Shown: piece by piece, positions 1 through 11,900 of the stretch
How positions within the stretch are numbered: position 1 is the first letter of the stretch
Layout of the letters: every line of letters starts with the position of its first letter
Origin: Eukaryota sp. TZLM1-RC
Taxonomy: Eukaryota > Protista > Metamonada: BaSk clade
Reading direction: 5' to 3'
Assembly (NCBI GenBank): GCA_040285825.1
Contig: JAUPSS010000004.1
Location: forward strand, 6,539,784-6,603,783
Length of the DNA stretch: 64,000 nt
Translations under genes and position numbers: made by a program
Notes under the pieces: model-generated
Seen by the model: the letters and a program-made list of their open reading frames with translations, nothing else
Databases searched by the model: none
What the model was told of the DNA's origin: nothing

Positions 1-688
1 TGGATCAAGAATTGATAATAACAATGTTGATCATCAACTTTTGGGCCTTGTTCTGAATCCAAAGGCAAGGAAGATGATTCACCCCCCGGTCCTGACCCAT
101 GCACCACCACATTGCTATTTTGTTAAGAATTTACACAAATATCTTAATGAAATAGCAACGCCTTTGATGTGGGTACCGACACAGGAAGAAATCAGCAATC
201 CCGACTTCCTTCCGAGAACTGCACTAGACCAACTGCAAATAAATGAAGATCGTCGAGCCCTGCGCCGCAACAAGTTTGATTTTTTATAAGAAGGCAAAAA
301 AGAATAATGGGATTTATTGAAAAAATTAAACTAATGGCTAATGGAAGAGAAACCATATTTTGGTTTGGCAGTGGAGGTGATGGGCCATCAAGACAATCTG
401 TGAAAACCCCAAGGAAGCGCTTTTTGAAGGAGATTCAGAAACATTTTACATATGTGCAGCATAATGGAGATGAATTCTACACATCTGCCAAAACGAATTG
501 CTGTAAGGTATTCAATCAAAAGTTGTATCACGATGATGGGAGGGTGAACAATGATAAGTTTGTATGCCCTCAATGTCAGACACTCTGGTCGAGATAACAT
601 CTCAGCTTCCAGAAACCAACTGGAGATTGCCATAAGTGCACACTACTACAATGAAAGACCTGAGGCGTTCCGGAGACCCCGTAGATAA
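1..688 (+). pseudogene. Fanzor (TnpB-like RNA-guided RuvC nuclease), family B copy B1; 3' part only, frameshifted
   Basis: ORFs 41-289 and 307-597 and the continuation to TAA 686-688 give WFGSGGDGPSRQSVKTPRKRFLK, GDEFYTSAKTNCC (RuvC-II Glu), CPQC and WSR.ISASRNQLEIA...RPEAF. These are collinear with the copy at 60.5-62.3 kb. Confidence 0.85.
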
Positions 689-855
689 GTGTTTTTCCAT
701 GTATTGCGTACCTGTACGCGTATTGTGACGTTGCTGCTTTAACTATCATTTCATCGTGATATCATATAGTGATAGAACTAAAGTAAGCTTAACGTCTATC
801 AAGATTGCATTGGTCAAAAGCTAGAAGTGTGTTTTGATAGAAATTTACAGTGCAG
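689..855 (+). ncRNA. Candidate Fanzor omegaRNA scaffold downstream of B1
   Basis: Consecutive stems: GCGTA/TACGC 706-719; CTATCATT 743-750 with AGTGATAG 768-775 (plus outer GCTTTA/TAAAGT); TCTATCAAGA 795-804 with TTTTGATAGA 832-841; possible closing stem GTATTGTGA 720-728 with TTACAGTGC 845-853. G-U pairs favour the + strand. Position directly 3' of a Fanzor ORF fits an omegaRNA. Confidence 0.55.
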
Positions 856-859
856 TTTT

Positions 860-2200
860 ATGTTGTCTCGCCAACTCTGGCATCTGCTGTTTCAGCATTG
901 TTCTGTACGAACGCTTCTTCGGATTCGTGCAGTTTCCAATCATTTTCATGAAGTCAGTGTTCAACATTTGAAGTCTGTTTCAACTCTTAACATGGCTGAT
1001 TTCCGCTCCCATGGTTCGGAGTTTATATCCTTTTTGAATGATTGTACTAGGGTAAAGCACCTTTATGCTGAACGATTGGCATATAATCTTGTCAATGATG
1101 CTTTCACAGAATACCTTTTGAAAAGTCAACACATAGTCCATCTAGATGAACCAATATCCATAATTCATGAACTACACTCCATCGTGGACAACTTGAAGGT
1201 TGATATTGTGTTTGGTCAACCATTGCCTGATCTAATGCCATTAACTAATGCAAATCGTTCATTGCATATGCACTTGTCAGAACCTTTCAACCAATCCAGT
1301 TTTGCTGTTTTTTCTGATCGAATACTGCTACAAATTCACGCAATTTCACGATGGATTGCCGAACAACAGCCATTCATCGAAGAGGTATACCTTACGCTAT
1401 TAGTTAGGTCAGCAGAATCATCATTCTTAAAAGAACCACTAAGTAATCTGCTTAATGTGTTGACTCACCATCCCATCAAGTCTCTAAGTTTTTCTCGAGC
1501 GTTTTGGGAATATATTGAAAAGGACTTCCCCATAAATAGTGAATTTCGGTTATTGAAAAACCTTAGCATTGGATGTCTCTCACATACTGCCACACGAGAT
1601 GGTATCTCATTACTACCACAGTTGTCCTCTTTGACTTTAACTATTAGAGAAGAACACTGCAATCCAGTTATGCTTGATCTTTTTGCCAAGCTCACACATC
1701 TTGTCTTGTGTTTAAAGAGTTCTTCGGAATTGGATGTGACGTGCCTATCCTCAATGTCGGATTTTTGTAACAGATTTGCCTCATTGACAAAATTGAGAAC
1801 TCTCTGTATTGATGGGCATGGAGAAGTGGCCTTTCTGCATGTTCCTTTAAACCTTGATATGCTGAAGGTTTCTCTATTTGGTCATCCATTCAGCAATGTG
1901 AACCTACTACCACCAAATCTTGCTGTGATTCAACTAGAAAAGGTCACGGTTAATACTGAGTGTCTCTGTAGTCTTGTTCAACGTTGTCGTCTATTAAGAA
2001 GACTTTTGGTCACTCATAGTATTGTGTTCACCAATGCTGCGTATAATGAACCTTGCATCCCTTCTACTTTGTCGAAGTTCAGTAGTGTTCAATTTCGACA
2101 TTGTCGTTGTGGACATACAGCAGTCACTGTGTGTACAGAATGTGTTGACTTTTTGAAGAAGCATTGTTTTTGGAGATCTCAAATTGATATTTTTTTGTAG
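860..2200 (+). CDS. F-box-like / LRR-like protein
   Basis: Open frame from ATG 860. N-terminal LSRQLWHLLFQHCSVRTLLRIRAVSNHFH resembles an F-box, followed by degenerate LxxLxL repeats. Confidence 0.65.
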   Translation: MLSRQLWHLLFQHCSVRTLLRIRAVSNHFHEVSVQHLKSVSTLNMADFRSHGSEFISFLNDCTRVKHLYAERLAYNLVNDAFTEYLLKSQHIVHLDEPISIIHELHSIVDNLKVDIVFGQPLPDLMPLTNANRSLHMHLSEPFNQSSFAVFSDRILLQIHAISRWIAEQQPFIEEVYLTLLVRSAESSFLKEPLSNLLNVLTHHPIKSLSFSRAFWEYIEKDFPINSEFRLLKNLSIGCLSHTATRDGISLLPQLSSLTLTIREEHCNPVMLDLFAKLTHLVLCLKSSSELDVTCLSSMSDFCNRFASLTKLRTLCIDGHGEVAFLHVPLNLDMLKVSLFGHPFSNVNLLPPNLAVIQLEKVTVNTECLCSLVQRCRLLRRLLVTHSIVFTNAAYNEPCIPSTLSKFSSVQFRHCRCGHTAVTVCTECVDFLKKHCFWRSQIDIFL

Positions 2201-2559
2201 AATTAAATACTTCACAATTAACTTTTCCTCCAATTACAGCCAGCGTTTTCAATAATGGACTCAATTACACAATTGCTCAAGGTCGGAACAATCACACTTA
2301 AGGCATCTGCAAATTAAATATTATTTGATACATTGAGGTGAAAAAGATCCCATTGATTAATCAATAACAACTAAAGTTATTTGTGGTTCGAGACTCTAGA
2401 TTTTCTTCAACATTTATAACGGGATATTTTGATAAAATTAACTGAAGTAAAAAGTCGAAAAAGTCTTAATTTAATGCTTATTATAATGAATTGCCAAACT
2501 GAACAGTAACTACAAAAGGGAGAGTGCAGTAATTAAAAGAACCAGTCACCTTCATTTAG

Positions 2560-2840
2560 TCCTTTTGTCCTTAAAGGAGATCAAACTGCCAAAAAAGGTT
2601 CTGGAATTGGACAATAAATATTTTCGAGGTATCTTATGTGAGTTTGTTGTGATTGAGAAAGAGAACATTGAGCAAAGTGAATGAAGTCCAAAAAGAATCG
2701 TTCGAAATTCGAGAGAGGTGATTTAGCGAGACATCAAGGTAAGAGATCGATTTGCACAATGAGAAAAGGGTTGACAACCCAACCAAACTACAATCACCAA
2801 CTTTTGTATCATGTATTTCTTTTTTGAAGAAAGGCAAACA
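2560..2840 (-). pseudogene. Leucine-rich-repeat fragment
   Basis: SISYLDVSLNHLSRIS and LNVLFLNHNKLT are LRR motifs, but the frame is short and ends in a stop. Confidence 0.45.
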
Positions 2841-2979
2841 TTCAAGATGTAACCTTGAGCGATATATATCATCAATAAATATTTGAAACTAACTTAACTT
2901 TGACTGATTGACTTCACCAAAATTTATATTTAAAAACACCATTTTGTACTCATTTCTAACTGTTTCCCTTCAGTGTTGA

Positions 2980-5385
2980 CTGGCGAAAATAACGCTACAA
3001 ACCACAACTGTGAAATCATCGGTCAACCAGTTCTTCGACTCAGAGGCACAAGAAGCTATGGAATGCCAGTTCCAAATTCTCGCTAGTATTGGAGCTATTG
3101 CTACTCACCTAGCACGACAGTTTATACTCAAATACCGAGAAAACTCTATTTGACTTACTCAATACCAATTACGGAGCCTCTGTTTTAACTTTGTTTGTGA
3201 AATAGAATCCAGACAAATGAGATTTTTCGAAAAACATCCTCTTATTTTTCAAGGGCTGCAACATGTCGTTCAGCACCTTTGGTTTTGGCGCCCACTGAAT
3301 GAAACCACCTTAGCCGACGGTGGTAAATCCTGGTACCATTCAAGTATTTTCGGCACTCGAGCCACGCAACTGACAGAAGCTTTTTGTCAGTTGTTGGCTG
3401 ACGACATTGTTGTTTGGAAAAACAATTTTTTCAAAAGCTGTGCCCAGGGTTTTAATTGCCCCAGACCCAAAAAGTACACCGAGTGTGTAACTTCAAGAAG
3501 TTCAGTCGGATGAGTCAATTTTACAACGGTAACAAGAGATGCACCAGCATATCTTGACCTACTGGGTAAGTGACAGCAGATGCCTATATTGATGGGGGTC
3601 TAAATATGTTGGAAACCTCAGTCAGGAATGAACGATTTGACATCAATATAGATACTACGCCACAATCCGGACTGAATATTGTATTTTTTCTAGAAGATAA
3701 TTACCCTGAGGTTTGCAAAAGCACTTTCTCTCGCCTTTATCCAGTTGGTCTCCATGCTTCTGCAGTTTGGATAAAAACCGAATCTTATTTCACAAAGCTA
3801 AATGAATTCAAAGAGCTTCTAAACATCCATTATCGGTTTTTTTCAATAAACTTAAATTTAGTAATTATACCATTTTTCAACTGGTGATTTTTTGCGGTTC
3901 ATGTTCACCCAGAAGGCGAGGAAAACATATACTCGGCCAACCAAAGCGGAATATGAGTCCAAAATTTTTCTCTGGAAATTATGATTTTCATAACACTGAA
4001 TGAAAAAAAGTAATGTCCACAGAGAGGCAAATCAACAGCAAAGACCACGGCTACCAGTGGATGAACAGCCCCATTATCAAAATTCTGATGAGAATATCCT
4101 TGCAGCCATTGATCCCAACCACAGCAATCTTTGTGGTTGGACTGCTGATTCTATCCGAAATTCTGCACCTGTATTTGAGGATTGTGGCCTGCTGCTGAAC
4201 CCAAAAGAACGAAAATCAAATTACCTCCTCCTTTAACTCAATCAAATCCTAATACTTATTCCATTCAAAGTTTCGAGAGTATCTGATTTCTTTATTATAT
4301 CAATATTTGTTTATCGAATAACGTGTAAAAAATCGTGAAATACACAAATAAAACTCCACATCCTCAAAACCTACCTCTTCCACATCAAAACAGTTAATTA
4401 CTGAAGATTCAGAAAATTAACCAAAAGAAGAGAGTGAATCAGAAATTAATTTCACCATTTCATTATAAATAGATAATATTATCCTGTTTTGTCAGTAAAT
4501 ACGATTGGAAATTCTTCCGGTTCTTTCCTTTACAACTACCACAAAATCCTCAAGGAAAGCCATTACAGCCTTACCTAGAGATCCAAGCAAAGAAAAGACA
4601 AAGGGACATAAATTATATTGGGCATGAGAATTTTCATTAACGGAGGAAATGGGTTTCGCATATTTAGCAATTTTATATTTTTCGCCAGCAAAAAAAGTAT
4701 TATGTACATCTGACTTGATGAAATGTTCGTTAGAAGAAGTACAAGGGTCAATGGACATGGAATCTTAAAAATAAAACTACCATTTAAGCCGAGAACAACC
4801 AAATCACCTCTTGTCAGACCCATAGAAGCTCTGTTGTAGCGCGTACTATCAATATTGGGGTCATCGAGAACTAAATTTGATAGCAATGGCTCTAAAAAGG
4901 AATCTACTCAATTTGAGTGCACATTACATAAATTTGGTCCCTGAAATTATTATGTACTTTACTTTTAAATGTAATAAAATGTTCACAATTCAAAAAAAGA
5001 GTAAACAAAAGAGTATGAAAAACAGTATCTGATTGAAATAAATTTACCTTATGTTTCTGAATCTGAGGAAGGGAGTGAGTATTCTTGAATTATGTGTGGA
5101 AACCTGCAGCGTGGTGTAAGAAAAAAAATCTTAGAACAAATGTTGTTTCTCGTTGGAATAAATTAAAAAATATATAAAAAGTGGAAATCAGTTTGATTTT
5201 TTTATACGAAGAAAAAAGAGGCTAACTAGTTTAATTAACAAAATTCAACGCTTGTATGAAGGAAAAAACACTATAGTTTGATTCGGCAATAGCGGCGGTG
5301 GTCCATCTCGTCAAGCTGTAAAATCCCCCAGAAACAGATTTCTCAAACAAATCCAAAAACACTTCGAAAACATCAAAGTGAAAGG
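2980..5385 (+). pseudogene. Fanzor family B copy B2; heavily degraded, split by a retrotransposon, 3'-truncated
   Basis: TVKSSVNQFF...LARQFILKYRENSI*LTQYQ; QLLADDIVVWKNNFFKSCAQGFNCP (B3: QLLADGLVSWKLNFFRSYAVGYNCP); RuvC-I AAIDPNHSNLCG (Asp codon 4111-4113). After the insertion it resumes with NQFDFF..., FGNSGGGPSRQAVKSPRNRFLKQIQKHF. Confidence 0.8.
4289..5023 (-). mobile_element. 5'-truncated RLE-type non-LTR retrotransposon, subfamily N1
   Basis: Matches the 3' part of the copy at 39.7-41.5 kb (DDPNIDSTRYNRASMGLTRGDLV, KYKIAKYAKP). Flanked by an 11-bp direct repeat AGTATCTGATT at 4278-4288 and 5024-5034 (TSD). Confidence 0.9.
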
Positions 5386-5961
5386 ACGAGTTGATGACCC
5401 CAGAAAACTGAATTGCTGGTATTCCACAGAAAGTAATATCATGATATTATTGAATATTCTCAATATTCTCGCCTGTAGAGTCCATCAAATTACTGTGCGC
5501 ACCAGGATGCCGTTAAAATTTTCAACAGAAGTAGTTACTTGCTCCATGGGGATAAGGTGTTTTAAATGGGCAGTGGAAGGAAGTTTTTCATTGAAACAAT
5601 TGGAACTATGGATTCATTCCATAATTAAATGTTCCAATGTCTGTTACTTCCTTCAAAAGGGGTTCTCTTTGAAACTATTGCCACCTCATCACACGTCATT
5701 CGTATGTCTTTATTCATGAATTGTCATACAACACTATTGTTATACACTTATTTTATATTATTGATTTTAATTTGGGAGTTGATGATAGAGATTCAAGTTT
5801 CAAAAGGGTAGGATCAATTATCAAGTTACTAGAATTAATAAGGTTATACTAAATGAAGAAAAATCATTGAAGAGAAGTAGTTGTGAAGAGAATGGTAATC
5901 TTTTCTACAATTTGATAGAAAATTCTGAAGCTACTGGTCTTTTTTTACAAAGACTCTTTTA

Positions 5962-8900
5962 ATGACACCTGGAACAACTCCACTGTTTCAACAGCTTACT
6001 GCTCAACTTGATTACATCAACAAAACCAGCAATGAGCCTGAAATTGCAGCTTTCACCAAAAAACTAGACAACTTTCTTGAACTTTTATACTCCCATTACC
6101 TTTTCGATGCTGTCAATGCTTTACTCACTTCAAAACTTCCTCTACTATGTAAAACTCCTCCTGAATCAGCAGATGTACTCGAAATTCAGACATACTTTTT
6201 ACGATTTCTCTCACGCATCCCTCTTAGCTCCTCAGTTATTGTACCTCACATTTCTCCTATTCTTTCTCTTCTTTCTACTACTTTATATCACCCTGTCTAC
6301 CCTGTTCAGATGGCTTCTATTGATCTGTTCAGAACCCTCAACCATCGAAACTTTACCTCTTCAAATTTACCTGCTGAATACAATAACTTTCTCAATCATC
6401 TAATCCCTTTATCTTCCACTCATGCTATTTTCTCTAACCCTACAGAAGAACATTTAACCTTTATAGCAGCCTTGATTAAGTGTATAAGCCAAGGATTGTT
6501 ACAGTTCATCCCAGTGTTTCTTAGGGGAGAGGGAGTTGCTTTTAACCAATGTACACCCCCAGTAATTGTGACGATCTTGTCTTTTGTTTCAAATCATTTA
6601 ACCTTTCTAAACCATTTTCTCTCACTTGAACAACAGTTAATTTTCAGTGATGGAGCCATTTCTCCCTCATTGCTTAAGACTGCAACAAGAAAGTTTTTTG
6701 TTCTGAGTGTGGTATTTAGAAGGCTAAATCTTATAAAAGACACCTTGTCAAAGGGGAACTTGCTGCAATCAGAATATGGGGATGATGTCAACAGAATAAT
6801 TCAATCAATTTCATCACGTGAGTCACGTGAAGTCTTGGAAAAGTCTTTTAGATTCTTGTTGGCAAATGGCAGTGGAGGCGCCAGCAAAGAATTCACAAAT
6901 GGCTTCGTTCAATTTTTGCCAATGCTATTCAATCCGGATTGGGTTCCCATGAACCTGACAATGTTGGATGACTTGCTGAAATTTAGACAGTCGAAAACCT
7001 TTACCTTTCCTGTTGATTCAGGGTCTCATTCTTTTTTGATTGATTCAAGGGTTAGATTGATTAAATTGATTTTGGATAGTTGCAGTCGACATCGAAATCA
7101 ACTTTCTTCCAACCAATTGTTGTCTGTTTTTCATAATTCACTTGATTTGTTATTTAGCCACACGTTACCTTCTTCACTATCGATTGTGGTTTGCACGGCT
7201 ATCCAATCAGTTCTTGAGCCTCTATGTAGTCAACTATGCGAAAACTACCTCCCGAAGGATCCCAATACTGTTTTAATTCCTGATTTCGAATTGCCAAGGT
7301 TCAAGTATCTTTGTCTACAGATATCAGTTGTAGCGAACAGCTGTGTTTTAAAGTTCAAAGATTTGATTGAGCAAGTGCAGTCAATAAGGTTTTATTATGA
7401 TTCAATCAAGAAAAACCAATCAGATGTTCTAGTTAATGACCCCCTGATTCAATCAATTCCCCTTTCTCACTTCCCCAATTCAGGTAGTTTCCATTTAATG
7501 TTGACTCGGTCAAGTATCAGTTACCAGTCATCTTATAATGAACCTACTCCAGTTTCAAATTGTTTTACCACCGTTAAAGAAGGTTTAAAAGGTTACTTAA
7601 ATGAAAGAATTATTACTATTAGAGGAATTATCCCCAGAATTTCTGGGTTATTTTGCTTATCGGCCAAATTACTTTCAAGATCTATTAGGGAAAACTCTTT
7701 TAGTCATTGCTGTTTTATGTCAAATTTGGGAAGTTTAATTGCTGAATTCTTGGTTGATTTATTTACAATTCTTCCTTTGGCTTTCTCTGAATTAGGTCAA
7801 GATGTGGAACCAATTACCTCTAATTCTGATATTCTTTCTATTCTGCAAAAGGTGGGCTCTATTCTATTTACCAGTCTCGAACCTAGTTTTCTGTTTAATT
7901 CAATATTGCCAAAGTTAAGTGGATTATTAACCATTTGCATAAAACATTCAATTTTTAAAGATTTTTTATTGGAATTTCTTGATATTAAGCGGATTGGACC
8001 AGTTTTTTCCGAATATATCTTGGATTTTCTTTGTCAATCCATTTCAACGGAAGTAGAATCTTTCTCAATGAATATCCCAGTCAATCCATTAGTTTTTAAT
8101 TATGAAACGCTTACATTCACTATCTTTTTCAAAGCATTTTTATCAAGGCTCTCCCCCACCATTTGGTCCTCAACACCAATAGATACCTTTACCCACCAAT
8201 TAGGAATAGGAGTGGGGATGAGGATAGTTGATGGAGATGCCGTGGATCCATTGGCCATTCCTTTAATCGTAAGGTGGACACCTTCTTTTATCTGTACTTT
8301 TAGTGAACAGATTTATAAACATCTGCTCAACAATGTTAATTACTCGCCCTTAGTAATGTTTGTTTTAACACTTTTCAAACATTGGTTATTCCACATGAAA
8401 CCCCCTTCCCAGCTTCAAATTAATTCAGGAGTTTATAATCATTTGGGTGATTTATTTATCAATGTTTATTCATTGTTACTAGAGCTATGGTATCGACATT
8501 CTTATTCTTTATTGGGATTTCTAGCTCTGGATTGTTTAATTAATCTGAATACTGTTTGTTTTAAACTATGTAATTCTGAGATCACCAAATATATTATAGA
8601 AAGTTGTTCGATAACACTTACTGTTCCTTTTCCTTTCCAAAAGAATTTATTAAGGTCTTGTTTAATGTTTTTGGGTTATTATGTCGATTATTTTGGTCCT
8701 GGCAATTTGGAAAAGTTTTTGATTGATAATTCGCAATTGGTGCTAAATTTAATTAGGTTGGTAAAAAAGCCCAAAGCCAAGGCATTTCCTTTAACTAAAT
8801 ATGCAATTCAGTTACTTGGTAAGCTTGGAGTAGTTTCACGTTCTGCAATCAGTCAAAATGATTGCAATTTTGATTTAATCAACGAGCTGTTCCCTCAATC

Positions 8901-11900
8901 GGTCAATTACGGCCCATTCACTTCGGAAGCCATACAATCAATCAGTTTTGATGGTTCTTTCACCTTCAAATATGGTAAATCTGTTTTAGAAGCACTAAAG
9001 TTTACCACTCGTTTGTTTTGTTCGGTTTCCAGTTATGCTATTTTTCCTGACTTTCTAGTTTCTTCGGGGTTTGTAACTGTTCCCGATCCTGATGACGTCA
9101 TTTCTGGACTTTTGTTGACTAATCAGTATTTTGATTGGTGTCTGGGTGAATCACTTTCTCCTTCAATTAAGTTGATTTTGTTTCATTGTGTACAAATCTC
9201 AATTTATTCCAAGTATATTTTTTGTTCATATAATTCAATTTCTCAAATTCCACTTTCTTTTCCCTTTGTTTCTCCTAAACTGGATTCCATATTTGAAGAT
9301 GAAGTTGTTACTAATGATACTATATTTACAAAGTTTAAGAACAAATTGCTTGAAAATTCTATTTATTCTGAAGTTTTTATTGATGCTTTAATGTCTATTT
9401 CAAGTTCTCGTATCATTTCAGCTTCTGTGTCGTCATTCATTGTCCAATGTTTTGCGGAATTGAATCTTTCAGATGATTTAATTTCGTTGTTGTTAATAAA
9501 TATTACACAACTATCTAAAAGTGGTGATTATTCAAAGCTTAATTCGGCTCTTTTAATGGTTTTTTCTCTTTTAAAGGCTGGTGACCTGAAGGAAATCCAT
9601 TTTGTCTCCATTTGTCGTTACTTACCCAAAATTTTGAGCTCCTTTCCGATCACCTGTCACTTTGTATCCACCAATTATTGCTTCACTCTGAAGGAGTTTT
9701 TCTCACTCTTGTTAGACAGATTCACCCATTTTTATCCTACTTTGGAGGGTATCAATCCTGTATTTGCTGAATTAACTCTTTTGTTTACCATTAGTTCTTC
9801 CATTATTAGACCTGAGGTCAACAAATTTTTGAGTGAGTTGGTGAAATCTTATGGAAAAACCTTGACTGAAGTCCTTCCTAAACATTGTGAAAATTTGGTC
9901 AAATTTGTAAGTGAGGTTGACGCTTCAAATATTTCCCAATTTTCATCAATGTGTATGGCTTTGTCAAGATTGATTGACACTAAATCAGTTGAAGTGTCCC
10001 ATCCGATTGTATGTGAGCTTTTGCCCAAAATTTCAGCCCGTCTTCGTCCCAACCCCAACCTTGATTCTACCTCCCATCTTTTATCAATGGTAGAAAAGGA
10101 ACGACTTTTGGTTCTCGCCAAATCATCTGTTATTCCATTCACTTTTGCTGCTACCCAAGCCGTTGAGCTCATTTGCTCAGTCTTCATTAAGTGTGATCCT
10201 TCAATGAGATCCTTTTACTTATCGTTGTTGTTCTCTTGCGTGTTGTCTAGTTCTGAATACTTTAGTTTCTTTGTTTTGAGAAATGTTAGGAGGGTGAAGC
10301 AGAATGTTAAGTTTTCGCCTGAGCTGTGGAGCCCTTTGCTAAAAGAAATCGAAGCTTTGGGGATTTTATTAAGCCAAAAAGAGTTCAAACACCCTCACAC
10401 CACAGCCGTGTTTCTGTACAGAATTAAACTTCTTATACCTAATATCAGGACTGATTATGGGTCACTTATTCTCAACAAATTCGGTCAACTTCGTCAGTTA
10501 TATGAGCAGCACTCTTTGGACTATTACGCGCTCGCAAGTATTCGAAGTAAAGCACTTTCTCTGTCAAAGCTGTTGAGCTTGGCAAGTTTTGACCAAAATT
10601 TCGTGCAACGGTCCTTTGGAATTGTTTCTCAATTAGAACAAATGTTTAACCTTTCACCTTTGACTAGTAAGCTTGATACTGAACTAAATCAATTTTCTTT
10701 ATTGGTTTTGAACCTTTGTTCTCACATTCCAAATCAATCACTTATGGGTGAATCATTGCGTCAATACTTTACTCCACAAAATTTGGAACATGCCTTTAGT
10801 ATTTGTCAAATTTTCATCAGGATCCTTACTTCTCCGCAGGTGATCCCTACTTCATTGTGGACTAGATTTGATCATGTGCGATCGTCACTAAATATCAAAA
10901 ATTTCAGTCAATTTTTAAGAACAGAGCTCACTGCCCCTTTTATTCAAATTCTTCAAGTTCCCTATTCGAATATACCAGAAATAGAGCATTACACACGTCA
11001 TTTAATTTGTAAAATTATTTACCTAATTTCTACCCAAACTTCGAATTATCTCAATTCAAATTTTGGTTTTGTGTTTACAATTGTTCGAAATTTAACTTGG
11101 TTAGTCGAATTTGACCCCCTACGACCGTCAAATCCTGATCACTTTCCCACTTTAGATAGGTCAAATTGTATAAACAACTTGGTTGATACCTTGATTTTGA
11201 ATATTAATGGGCAGATGGAGATTGATCATCTTTTGATGGTTTGCTATTTGTCTTATCATTATGATTTGAAGTATTTCGTCCCTTTGAGGTGGAAAATTCT
11301 TAATTTTTCTTCAAACCTTTCAATTGACAAGATCATTCACTTGTCAAGTAGACTAGAGCAGCTCACTAGTGATTCAAAAATTTCAAGCGAATTAGCTGAA
11401 CTTTTTTCAAATATCTCTCCAGAATCACTCTTTTATCACTGTCTGAATGGGATTTTTGTACCATGGATGAAGAATCAAATCTTTGATAACCATTCATTGG
11501 CTTTTGATCATCCTTTTATCACAACTCTTAAACATGTAATCATCAATCTACTCAGTCAAATTTCCAATTCTTTTGCCACCAACCCTATCGAATGTGTGGT
11601 TGACCAACAAACCGCCATTGGTGTTGAATTAGTTTACTCTACTTGCTTGTTGATCAAGCTTTGCGATGGGCCTTTGACAGATTTGATTGATCTTGTTTCT
11701 ACGTTTATATCCAGTTCAAATACGATTTACCATGATGTTTCAGTATTTGCTATTAGTCTACACCACTTAAAATTTATCAATATTATAAAGAATCAGACTG
11801 GAACTGCTTTATCATCTCTTTTCAACTCAACCCTTATTTACTGTTTAGCTTCACAGCATCAAGATGGTGCTAACACTCTTCCTTTTGTTCGCCACGTCCT

